A stretch of 64,000 bases of DNA, taken from contig OX597820.1 in assembly GCA_951406725.2 (NCBI GenBank), forward strand, positions 30,380,001 to 30,444,000. The letters run 5' to 3'. Both the position numbers and the translations under genes were made by a program. Source of the stretch: Octopus vulgaris. Taxonomy: Eukaryota. Below, piece after piece: positions 36,911 through 48,087 of this stretch (its first letter is position 1; every line of letters starts with the position of its first letter). The notes beneath the pieces were generated by a model. The model saw only the letters and a list, made by a program, of their open reading frames with translations, was not told where the DNA came from and ran no database searches.

Positions 36911-37495
36911 TATGTTAAATTGGACATCATTCTTCTATGTTCAAGGTATGTCCCAATACGCCAAGGGTTATTTTGTTTTCACCCTTCCAAAGATCATAAA
37001 ATAAATACCAGGCAAAATAGTAGAAATGTCATCAACTAAAATCCTTAAAGGCAGTGCTCCAGTATGGCCACAATCCTATTGTTGAAATAATCAGTAAAAG
37101 AATAAAATGTATGAACATACATGACATTAATACTGTGTCAGACAGTTGTAAATATTTTTGTTCTTTGTTCACAACTTCCATTTAGTATTTTACATGCCTC
37201 AATAATATTTCTTCTCCCTGTGAAAACTTTTGGGACAATACAAAAAACTACTTCTAGAAATTGGTTTATCACAGATAACAAAATGGTATGGTTTCTCTCC
37301 TGTATGAGTATGTTTACGTTTAGACAAAGTACCGTTCATAAAAATATTTTGCTACATATATCACAGTGGTATGGTTTCTCCCCTGTGTGTGTTCACTTGT
37401 ATTTAAATAAACTACTGCACACAGAATGACATATCACAATGGTATGATTTTTCTCTTGTGCAAGTACATTTGTGGAAAGATAAACTACAGTATTA

Positions 37496-37655
37496 GGTGT
37501 AGGAGTGGCTGTGTGGCAAGTAGCTTGCTTACCAACCACATGGTTCCAAGTTCAGTCCCACTGCATGGCACCTTATGTAAGTGTCTTCTACTATGGCCTT
37601 GGGCCGACCAAAGCCTTGAAACTGATAGATGGAAACTGTATGGAATCCTGCCATA
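37496..37655 (+). mobile_element. SINE family A, 5' part, inserted in ZF pseudogene
   Basis: GGAGTGGCTGTGTGGCAAGTAGCTTGCTTACCAACCACATGG. Confidence 0.8.
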
Positions 37656-37658
37656 TAT

Positions 37659-37705
37659 ATTTGATCCCTACAAAGTATTTTTATGGATTTTTAATCCCTT
37701 TTTTC

Positions 37706-37740
<35 letters not shown>

Positions 37741-37787
37741 AAAAAAAGGGATTAAAAATCCATAAAAATACTTTGTAGGGATCAAAT
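37659..37787. repeat. Near-perfect palindrome, ~50-bp arms around (TA)n
   Basis: ATTTGATCCCTACAAAGTATTTTTATGGATTTTTAATCCCTTTTTT and its reverse complement at 37741-37787. Confidence 0.92.
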
Positions 37788-40198
37788 TTGGAAAACTAAA
37801 TTGCTAAAATTGTCCAGTGAAAGCCATTGTAATTGACGTTGACTGTAAAATTACTTTCAGCTGTATGCTTTTTCTCCTGTGTGAAAATGTTCATGGGTAG
37901 ACAAGCTATTTTTAGAAAATGTTTTATCACAGAGATCACAATGGAATGGTTTTTCTCTTGCATGAGTACATTTATGGTTAGATAAATGTTTTGCCACATA
38001 AATCAAAATGTTATAGTTTCTTTCTTGTGTGAGTTTGTGTTTAAATAAATTACAATGGACAGAAAATGGTTTGCCACTGATACTGCAACAATATGGTCTT
38101 TTTTTCTCTTTTATTGATTACATTAAAATAATCTGCTGTTGACAAAGGATGCTTTACCACACCATCACAGTGGTATGGTATATCATCGTCGTTTAACGTC
38201 CGCTTTCCATGCTAGCATAGGTTGGACGATTTGATTGAGGTCTGGCAAACCAGATGGCTGCACCAGACTCCCAATATATGTTTGTGAATTTATAAGCCAC
38301 CCATATCAGAAAACTTTTTACCACAGATATCACATTAGTATGTCTTTTCTCCTGTGAAAATTCTCATGGTTATATAAGTTACATGCCTGAGAGAGTGTTT
38401 TGCCACAGATATCACAACAGTATAAATTTTCCTTTGAGTGAACAAGCCCATTACTAGTTCAACTACCATTTGTCACATACGTTTTATCACATATATCACA
38501 GTGGTACAGTTTCTCTCCTGTATGAATACGTGTCAATATAAATGGCTAGCCAGAAGGAATGCTTTATCACAGATATCAGTGATAGGATATTTTTGTTGTA
38601 TGAATATGCACATGGCAAAATTAAATTCACTTTGAGTGTGTTTTAACACAGATATTGCTTTCATATAACCAGTTTTCTTTTGTATGAATGCATATGTGGC
38701 TATATAATTTGCTAACCTCAAGAGAATGCTTTACCACAAATATCACAGTATTATGGCCTCTTTCCTACGTATATCACTATTACCAGTAAACCTTTTGCCA
38801 CAAATATTACAGTTTATCACCTGTGTAAAAATACTTGCATGTACGTAAACTGCTCCCTTGTGAAAACTTTCTACCAAAGATATCACAATGACATGGTCTT
38901 CTTTCTGTGTTAAGTTGGTGATGATATAAAGGACTGTTTCTTGTAAAATTTTTGCTAAATTCTTTACATTGATAAAACTTTGACCCAGAGTGAAGTAATT
39001 TATGTTGATTTAAATTATTTTTTGTTGTAAAAATGTTACTGGATTAGGATATATTTTTTATCCCTTCCTGTCTCCTGGGAGAATTCATTATTGTTCACCA
39101 AGATGCTGTCTCTCATATGATTCTTCTTCCATTATGCTCTATTTTATCACAAAAACAAAATTATCATGTTTTTACTTTCCTAATCCTTGTGGGCACATTT
39201 TCACAGTAATACACTAAAACAGTTCTACACCTCCAGATAACTGATATGAAAGAGCTGATATAAAATCCATCTGAAACTTGAAAAGTTGACTAACTGACAT
39301 TTGATGGTAGCTACTTGTTTTACCTTTTTTTTTTCTGACTGTAAATTGTAATTCAGAAGTCGTGTTTTACATTTTAACCAAGGATTAGCAAATAATATCA
39401 CAGCTATTCTTATATATAATTTATCTGTATTCTTCAAACAACAACTTCCATGACATATCTTGGATGAAAAAATTCTTCAAAATAATTCCTGATGTTCTGA
39501 AATAAAAGAGAGTATACTATAAATGTCAACACAAAACTGTTAGAGATAAGAGACAATGAAAGTCAAAAAATATGAAATAAGAAGAGTATCTAGACACAGC
39601 TCTGCAGTTTGTCAAACAGCCCAACCCTTGTCAGCGTGGAAAATGGATATTAAATGATGAAGATGATGATCATCCACAGAGAAAATACTAAGAAAAAAGT
39701 ATGGCAGAATATACTAAACTCCTAATATCACAATCCCTCACATCTCACTTAGAGGTATACCAACTACATATTCACCCAAATGCTATATCAGGTTATCAAT
39801 CATCCCTCATAAATCCCAAGAAATTCAGTTCATAATGTCCATGGTCATATCAATTCCTGCCAGAATTTTTTTATCATTCTTGAGTTGACAGACATCAGAT
39901 GAGATTCACATTTTGAAAACCAAACAACTGCACATGACAAAAACGGTCTTCACATTACCAGATTACATTATGGCATATTCAAGGTATTTCAAAAATTAAT
40001 TTGGTTCAAAGTACCCCATTACACAGAATTCCCAATGAGGAGGAGTCTAAGTGGTCATTCAATTTGGTAGAAATAGCAACCAAATCTCCTTACAATAATC
40101 AAAACCAAAGGAAGTCATATAGGACTATGTAGTCCAAAAGAAACTACATCTGAAATGATGAGATGGTTGTAGCTAGAAAGTCTTTGATAATAGGTCGG

Positions 40199-40400
40199 TT
40201 AACCCTTTAGTGTTTACATTATTCTGCCAAAATTAATCCCTTTTCATCCACATTGTTTTGAACTAATCATGCATTATCTTGTAGTATGAGCTGTTAATTT
40301 TTAAAACGATATTGTAGGGTTGGTGTGAGAGACCAGATCTGGCCTGTTTGAACATAAAACAGGCAGAATACTTTTGGCCGGATATGGCCGGTTTAAATAA
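40199..40400 (+). mobile_element. piggyBac-like MITE (truncated), same family as 47290-47516
   Basis: Starts TTAA-CCCTTTAG; shares TAATCATGCATTATCTTGTAG and GTAGGGT.GGTGTGAGAG. Confidence 0.6.
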
Positions 40401-40835
40401 AGGACTGAACAACAAAATAACTCTGCACATTTTTGCAAAACATCCTCCCCTATTTTATAATCTGAATGTACCCAGCTGGTTGCTTTCATCGTTCTAGCAA
40501 GATATTTTGCCTTAGTTACCAACATTGATTAAAAAAAGGGACTAGTAGAGCCTCTGTCTGCTAGAAACAGCAACCAAACCTTGTTCAAATCATACTCTAG
40601 AAAGGACACATTGGATACACTCTACTTGGTGAATAAAGAAAGGATGATCTGGTACTAAATAACAGCAAATGAATACTCAAGTCAACAAGAGATGTTCTGC
40701 GTGACAGTGCAACCTGTAGGATATTAGTAACCAAATCTCACCTAAATCACACCCTACAATCATATAATAGAAAGGATACATAAGAGATTATATTCTCAGA
40801 TAAGCTATGTCAAAAGGATGAGTAGAATGTTTATA

Positions 40836-41108
40836 GGTGCAGGAGTGGCTGTGTGGTAAGTAGCTTGCTTACCAACCACATGGTTTCAGGTTCAGTCCCA
40901 CTACGTGGCACCTGGGGCAAGTGTCTTCTACTATAGCCTTGGGCCAACCAAAGCCTTATCAGTGGATTTGGTAGACAGAAACTGAAGGAAGCCCGTCGTA
41001 TATATGTATATGTATGTGTGTCTGTGTTTGTCCCCCTACCATCGCTTGACAACCAATGGTGGTGTGTTTACTTCCCCGTAACTTAGCGTTTTGGCAAAAG
41101 AGACCGAA
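40836..41108 (+). mobile_element. SINE family A (3'-truncated)
   Basis: GGTGCAGGAGTGGCTGTGTGGTAAGTAGCTTGC head. Confidence 0.85.
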
Positions 41109-41494
41109 CTTAACACACAGCCACTCCTATGCCTATGTTGAGTACTTTTCTTTCATGTGTACACATTTATGCATTATACAGGTATATCATCGTTCCATTC
41201 TTGCATGAGTCAGACTGAATTTGTTGAGGTGGGTTTTCTATGTAGCCATTCTATCTTTCATTAAGACATAGTTTGCCTAGGACTACATTTTCCAATGTCT
41301 TTCCTTGTAAAGTGATTTGAGGGAGATTTGTACCATATAGAGCCAAGTGAGCAGAGCTGTAATAAAAAAATGTTCCAGCTTTGACCAGTAGGATCTGATT
41401 TAAGGAAAATTTGGCCACTATTTCAAGCAGGTAGAGTGTAGAGGCTGAAGTTTCATATAACAACCAACATCCATCTAATAGAAATAGCAGTTAA

Positions 41495-41895
41495 AGGTGG
41501 CGAGCTGGCAGAAGCATTAGCACGCCGGGCGAAATGCCTAGCAGTATTTCGTCTGTCTTTGCGTTCTGAGTTCAAATTCTGCCGAAGTTGACTTTGCCAT
41601 TCATCCTTTTGGGGTCGATAAATTAAGTACCAGTTACGTACTGGGGTCGATGTAATCAACTTAATACCTATGTCTGTCCCCTCTATGTTTAACCCCTTGT
41701 AGGTAATAAAGAAATAGGTATTTTGTCTGTCTTTGCATTCTGAGTTCAAATTCCGCCGAAGTTGACTTTGCCTTTCATCCTTTCGGGGTTGATAAATTAA
41801 GTACCAGTTATGCACTGGAGTCAATGTAATCGACTTAATCCCTTTGTCTGTCCCCTTTATGTTTAGCCCCATGTGGGCAATAAAGAAATAAGAAA
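41495..41895 (+). mobile_element. SINE family B with tandemly duplicated body
   Basis: GGTGGCGAGCTGGCAGAA head, then TTCTGAGTTCAAATTC..TCATCCTTT.GGGGT.GATAAATTAAGTACCAG twice. Confidence 0.85.
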
Positions 41896-42544
41896 TAGCA
41901 GTTAAATCTCTCTTAAATTACGCTCTGTTATGAGAGGGCTCATTAGAGAAAAAAGACAAAATAGTCACTACAAGAAAGACTTTCACCATAGGTCTAACCT
42001 GAAGCTAAAAAAACTGAAGTAATGCTGTGATATATATTAAAACCTTGTGAACAGATACTGTAAATAAGAATGACAGATACCTTTATTTAGTATTGGAGAA
42101 CAAGCCAGTCATTGACAGACCTTGATATTTGGTTGCATGACCTGTCATGGATGTGGTTCAACTGTTGTTTAGCCCTAGGTCAGCCGTCATGAGGTAAAGC
42201 TATGATCATCAATGACATTCCAGCATTGATTAGTTTTCTTTCTTTCTTTTTTATAGGATAACATTGTCCAATTTGTCCCTTTCCCTGAAGACAGTAGTAT
42301 GTGATTTGAAGGAGAGTTTTCTGTTATTTCCAGCGAGTCCAGATATACTGAACAGATGCTCTCGTTGACACTACAGCCATGGGAGATGTATGTCTGACGT
42401 GTGACCAGTAGAAATGTCCAGTTCTGTTTACATCGAAAGAATGCAGCATGCAAGGCTAACTTAACATTATTACAAATTGTTATTTACATAATTGCACTGC
42501 ATAAATTAAATGTGACCATTTGCATTAATTAAATATTACACTTA

Positions 42545-43510
42545 CTAGACAGGATACAATCTACTTATGGTCATTAACAAGTGGCCAAAAGGTTTCTTTT
42601 TCACCTTATTTTTCCACAAAAATTCGTGGAGATACGACGAAAATAATGCATCACTGGTGCCGCATTGCTTTTTTAATTTTCTTTTCGCTCGCATCCATGT
42701 ATTCTCGATAATCTGTGCGTGTACATTCGGATCGTTTTGGTTCACGATATCCCGTTCGTGCACCACAGAGTCGTTCGAGTACAATCTAAAATCGATATCT
42801 TTCAGCAGATCGAAAGATACCCATGCATCAGCAATGATGCGGCTACCCGGAAGGATCCATTGTCGGATGATAGGCTCCAACGTTTGCTGTTTTCTGTTGG
42901 GGACTTCAACCATACAGCACTTACCACTCCGGCGTTCAATCGCACCAAACACCCAGTGACCAGCCCTCCACTGGCCCTTGTGGTATCTGCTGTTTAGAAA
43001 TTTCGATTCACCCAGCTCTACCACAATGGGAGTACCGTCCTCGCCCACACCTCCAAGTACTGTGGGTGATTTCTGGAGATCCCATTCCACTACTTCTCGC
43101 AGAAAATTACACCAGTCTACAATTGTGTTCTTATTCACATGGAGCTGCTCCATCATTTCTTTCTGCTGGTAGTCCTCAACCCACATGTTAATTAAAAGAA
43201 GAAGGTCCAGTAACGACATGCGACTTCTTTCAAAAAAAGACCCTTTTCGAATGGATTGGGTAAAATTGTGCCGGCGACAATTCCAAATCTTCTTGTCGAG
43301 TTTCTTCGTCAGAGTAATAAGTGTACACGGTTCGCCACACGTACCACAGTTGACAGAGTTACTTAAGAGTCTCCGTTTTGCCATCCATTCAATTGCTGAA
43401 TCTATGTCCATTGTTTGAGTGGCTAACTCCAGCAGTGTACATGATTCTTCTTTGATTTCATCTTCATCCATCACTTTGTCCGCAATTCTTTTTCTTCTAC
43501 AATACGTCAT
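42545..43510 (-). CDS. Merlin / IS1595 (ISXO2)-like transposase-derived protein, intact ORF
   Basis: N-terminal zinc ribbon (CGTC..WNCRRH), SIRKGSFF, HTH-like TIVDWCNFLREV, VELGES, YHKG..WVFGAIER, VPNR..TL..I..ILPGS.I.AD.W, HAQIIENTW, YLHEFLW. First ATGs are at 43510 and 43471 (43597 is TTG). Confidence 0.9.
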   Translation of the reverse strand: MTYCRRKRIADKVMDEDEIKEESCTLLELATQTMDIDSAIEWMAKRRLLSNSVNCGTCGEPCTLITLTKKLDKKIWNCRRHNFTQSIRKGSFFERSRMSLLDLLLLINMWVEDYQQKEMMEQLHVNKNTIVDWCNFLREVVEWDLQKSPTVLGGVGEDGTPIVVELGESKFLNSRYHKGQWRAGHWVFGAIERRSGKCCMVEVPNRKQQTLEPIIRQWILPGSRIIADAWVSFDLLKDIDFRLYSNDSVVHERDIVNQNDPNVHAQIIENTWMRAKRKLKKQCGTSDALFSSYLHEFLWKNKVKKKPFGHLLMTISRLYPV

Positions 43511-44367
43511 TACGAAAGAGTAAATTGAAGTGGAGTGAGAACAATAAATTTCCTTCGAACTGTTTTCATTTACTGTGTGAAAGAAAGGATGATACAAAGC
43601 CAGTTACACGGAACATAATAGTTATTGATTAGTTATATAATTTTAAAAATGAACAATCAGAAGTTAAAAAATAAAGAAAATAGATTTTGAATTATTTTTT
43701 ATTGAATACGTACGTACAAGAAAGTTTAATTAAATATACAAAATTCGGTGAATGTTTATCAAAGTTCGAAAACTTCCTACCGGAAATGGGATTTCAGATT
43801 TCGGAAAACTGAATGAAATCAAAACTATACAATCAAAGGAGAGAACAAAGAAAAAAGGATTTACATGGAACTCTAAAGTCAAAATACAACTTCGTAGTAT
43901 TATGACATTTAATAATGTTAATAATGTAATGTGATGGACTTAAACAAAAATGTTAAACTTGAAGTTGTATGAGTGTTTTTTTCTCCTTTCCTGCTAAACA
44001 CCATACCTTATGGTGAGCCTTTACTCCTTCAGAATTGTAAATGACCTGACGCAAATGAAATTTCCAAATATGCAAACGATTTCTCGGGGTTTTTTTGTTT
44101 TTTCTTCTTCTCTTGAGACAAATTTGAAAGTTTCGACAAGTTTACACAATGGAACTCTTGTAACAAGGGGAGTTAATTCATTTAAATAGTAACAGAAGAG
44201 TTTCTTCTCACTCTTAGCAACGAAGGTGAGGCGGGGGGGGGGGCTATATAGTCGTTCGGTAAGTAGCAGACAAATATCCTCCTTAGATACATCAGACTAT
44301 GATCAATGGCTAGACCACTTGATCATATGTGCCTTGACGAGGAAAAGTCTCCAACAATTAAATTGTC

Positions 44368-44836
44368 GGCGATATTTCGCTTGTCGTAGCACAAGTTTCC
44401 GTCGATTTCCGTAAAAAACTTTTATTTTTTTACATAAGTAATGAGAGCGAAAGAGACTAAGAGGAAGCGATTTTATGACGAGGAAATTTCTCTTTGAAGT
44501 CCCCGTGTGTGTGTTTGATGGGGTGTGGGAGACAGACAGTATGTTGTGTAAGTGAAGTGCTTCTGTTAGTGTGTGCGAAGAGACAGAGAGAGTAATGTGT
44601 GAAAGAGAGAGATAACTGAAATTTTTTACTCGGTGTATGTGTATATGTATGTCTGCATGTATGTGTGTGTGTATGTATCTATGTATGTGTGTGTGTATGT
44701 ATCTATGTGTGTGTATGTATCTATGTATGTGTGTGTATGTATGTATGGCCGATTCAGTGTTTACATTTTTTACGGAAATCGACAATCGACGGAGGAAATC
44801 GACGGAAACGTGTGCTACGACAAGCGAAACTTCGCC
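44368..44836. mobile_element. MITE of the 4799-5207 family, opposite orientation, 8-bp TSD
   Basis: GGCGATATTTCGCTTGTCGTAGCAC...GTGCTACGACAAGCGAAACTTCGCC; TSD AAATTGTC at 44360-44367 and 44837-44844. Confidence 0.93.
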
Positions 44837-44899
44837 AAATTGTCTTATCCCGCAGGGGTGTCTGTAATTTGTCGTTTTCTTCGGGACCAATGATCAGTT

Positions 44900-46000
44900 G
44901 TTACTAAATAAGCGAATGATTCCGAGGCCTAGCATGTGTTGGAATTCTTGTTTAGCAGCCTTTAAACGATCTGGACGGAGACTTCGTGGTCATTTGACAA
45001 TTAGTGGGCCGCAGGTGTTAATGTGGTGTTTAACATTATTATACTTGATTGCATTGCTTCTAAACACCAGACGAGAAATGTTTGGGTACTTACGGAGAAC
45101 AGAGCTGTATCATGAATACAAAATAACAGGGCTTGTTGTGGGTGTCCAGGCAGTTATACCGCACACCAAGAAGTTGGTTATACTATCAATAAGCCTTCTG
45201 CGTTTAACATCTACTGAGAAGCTGAAATAGCGAAGGAAATCAGCTCCTAAAATTGGAATCAGCTAGTTAGCGAAGATGAAAACCTATTGAAAAGAATGAT
45301 AAAGGCCTAAATCCAGAATAAGAGACTGTTCACTGATTGTTAGAATCAGTGAATGATCGCCACTTGCAGAAATATTGGCGTAGGTTTTCTAATGTATTAG
45401 GGAAACTGAAATTTTGCTTACCTCGGTACCCAAATTGACAAGGAAACATGTACCTGATAGTTTGTCACTACTGAAAAAGAGATGGTTTTGTTTATTGGAA
45501 CCAGGCATATTTGCTGCCCTTAATCCCAGGCTGCTTTGTCTCCTGGAATAGGAGTCTTTTCAGAAAAAGAACAGGGTGGCTCACAGTTGCAATTGTACTT
45601 GCCAAATTTGTAGTGACACCAGGAAATTCCACAGGCTGTGGAGTACAGATGGAGCTTTAATACAGATGGAGCATCAATAATTAAAATACCAAGAAGCAAT
45701 CTAATTTGAAGCAATGTGAAAATCAGTGCTGGATTGTGTAATCAGAATGGTGATACTTGCAAAATAACGGTTGCCATATCTATGACAGAAAAGGGTGCTG
45801 ATATGTTATGCTCTGATTAGAGTACTAGTAGAAAGTCCAATTGTTGGCTTCATGTGGTTTGATTTGTTGGCTCAAATCATAACAGAGCTGTGCAGTTTGT
45901 TTCTTTATGGAAATCACCAAATGTAACATGATTGGTTACAAGCCTTCAATAAAAGCATACTATAATGCACCTGGAGCATTAGTAGAAATGATTTATATAA
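44900..46000 (-). mobile_element. Gypsy LTR-retrotransposon remnant (CsRn1-like gag/protease)
   Basis: WCHYKFGKYNCNCEPPCSF (gag CHCC-type knuckle, ~45560-45625), LFFSSDKLSGTCFLVNLGTEVS (protease-like, ~45415-45485), PDRLKAA (integrase C-terminus-like, ~44960). Limits uncertain. Confidence 0.65.
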
Positions 46001-47289
46001 AATCATAGTCAATGGAACTTTAAAGATTGGATTTTTTTCAAGTCCCTGTTGAACAATGAGGAAATTCAAGTGATAGGCTCGTGGCTTCTTGTTCACAAGA
46101 CTACTCTCACTCACAGCCTGACTTCTCACTATGCCAGAGTGACAATCATCTATGAGAGCATCTAGAACTTGCCGCGTTCAGTTCCTCCAACAAAATGACA
46201 TCATGCTCACTTCTGTGAAACCAGAGTTAAGTCGATTCCCAGTAGAGCTTGGTCTTTCAGATGGTTCTATATCTTCATCTGAAAGAATATCAATTCACCC
46301 ATCTAATTATTTGGAATGAACATAGTGATGAAGAGTGTTGGTGTTAAATAAGATTGACTGTTGGATCATATTTATTGTTAGGATTCAACTGTCTCAGTAA
46401 AACTTCACCATATTCAGAAAGCCAGTCAGGTAAAGATTGCAGTGCTTAAATATAAGTGGCCTGGTTAGTCACTGTGCAAAGGAGGGGCCGAATCACAGAG
46501 CAATTCCCATAGAGCATCACTCTATCGTTTGTCTGGTGAGTGTTATTATTTTCCTAAGACTATCCTTTTAGACAATCTACTTGACTGTATCCTGGAGGAT
46601 AGTATAGATGGATTTGTCATAGTTCGGTCATTTTTATTGATCCCCACTAAAAGTACAAACATCTCAATACATAAATAGAGATTGTTGGTCTGAATAGACT
46701 GAAGCAGGAGACATGAAGAATATATTTTAAAGACAATGAACTAGTGTAGAAACTGTCATATGTGAACATGAAAAGTGTAAAAGGATGCCTTAAGTATTCA
46801 TCTGTAACAACAAACAAATAGAAAAAAAAAAGTTAGACTATGGCAGAGAACCTTTGAAGTTGACACTGAGATTCACAAATGGCTTTATGGATTTGATAAG
46901 TTTAGCATGAGAAGAATGAAAAAAATCATGATTTCATGTTTGATATGACCTTTCTTTTAAAAGATGGTAGGGTGAAATTTGAAGGAAATTTGACTGCTAT
47001 ATCTAGCAAGTCAAACAACCACATAGTGTCTGCCTCTTGTTGGTTTTGTATATTACAATTATTGCTTACTCAATATTTCCCATACTGAGTCTTTTCTATA
47101 TCGTCATCTTTTAATGTCCATCCCCCATGCTGGCATGGATTTCACTGTTTGACAGGAGTTGGCCAGTTGGAGATTCCCACGAATAGCTTGGCAATATCAA
47201 TTCTCTCCCATGTAAGCATTATTATGACATCATAACAATATTTGTTGGATGTATTTAGTGACAGATAGAACAATGTTATACTTTCTCTT

Positions 47290-47516
47290 TAACCCTTTAA
47301 TATTCCGAGTACTCCATCAAATTTAATGCTTTTTGATTCATACTGTTTTGAAGTAATCATGCATTATCTTGTAGCTTTAAGATTTTGATGATGTGGTTGC
47401 TCATTTTTAGAATGACATTGTAGGGTAGGTGTGAGAGGCTGAATATGGCCAGTCTGAACATAAAAACATGTAGAATATTTGGGCCGGAAATGGCTGGTTT
47501 AAATACTAAATGGTTA
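47290..47516 (+). mobile_element. piggyBac-like MITE with TTAA target
   Basis: TTAA-CCCTTTA ... TAAATGG-TTAA. Confidence 0.65.
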
Positions 47517-47565
47517 ATGTAAAGTTATTTCTTTGATGGAATTATTTAATACAGTTATCACAATG

Positions 47566-48087
47566 TTATTGTTTCTTTCCTGTATGAACACGTTTATGAC
47601 AAGATAAAATATTACTTCTGGAAAAAGTTTTACCACAAATATCACAGTGATATGGTTTCTCTCCTGTGTGAATACGTATATGGGTATATAAATTAGTATT
47701 ATGAGAAAACATTTTACCACAAATATCACAGTGGTATTTTTTCTCTCCTGTGTGAACACGTTTATGAGAAGATAAATCGCTATTTCTAGAAAAAGCTTTA
47801 CCACAGATATCACACTGATGTGGTTTCTCTCCTGTGTGAATTCGTTTATGAACAGATAAACTACTTCTACGAGATAATGACTTTCCACAAATATCACAAT
47901 AGTAATATTTCCCACCGGTGTGAATATGTTTGTGGCAAGCTAAATGATCACTCCGTGAGAAAGATTTGCCACAAATATCACAGCAATATGGTTTTTCATC
48001 TGTGTGAATACGTTTGTGTTTCGTCAAGTTACTCTTTAAAGAAAATGTTTTATCACAGATATCGCAGGAATATGGCCTTTTCTCCAT
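47566..48087 (-). CDS. Short C2H2 ZF ORF, 173 aa, 6 fingers (truncated gene or young pseudogene)
   Basis: Six intact fingers. An ancestral leader (IEKELCENQI, ATA at 48295) lies upstream and out of frame. Upstream 48360-48735 is paralogous to 58700-59135. Confidence 0.75.
   Translation of the reverse strand: MEKRPYSCDICDKTFSLKSNLTKHKRIHTDEKPYCCDICGKSFSRSDHLACHKHIHTGGKYYYCDICGKSLSRRSSLSVHKRIHTGEKPHQCDICGKAFSRNSDLSSHKRVHTGEKKYHCDICGKMFSHNTNLYTHIRIHTGEKPYHCDICGKTFSRSNILSCHKRVHTGKKQ

Larger units (their letters stand above)
37200..39132 (-). pseudogene. C2H2 ZF pseudogene, inverted paralog of ZF genes 1 and 2
   Basis: 38870-39030 matches the [18 protein letters not shown] region. ATG at 39132 (MEEESYERQHLGE); homologous acceptor TTTTATTTCAG ending at 39497. 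Many stops and frameshifts; SINE and palindrome insertions. Confidence 0.88.

Noticed and set aside
42545-43597. Bacterial IS1595 contamination or recent horizontal transfer
   Set aside because: Motifs fit eukaryotic Merlin and the ORF is embedded among host SINEs with host-like composition; not tested phylogenetically.
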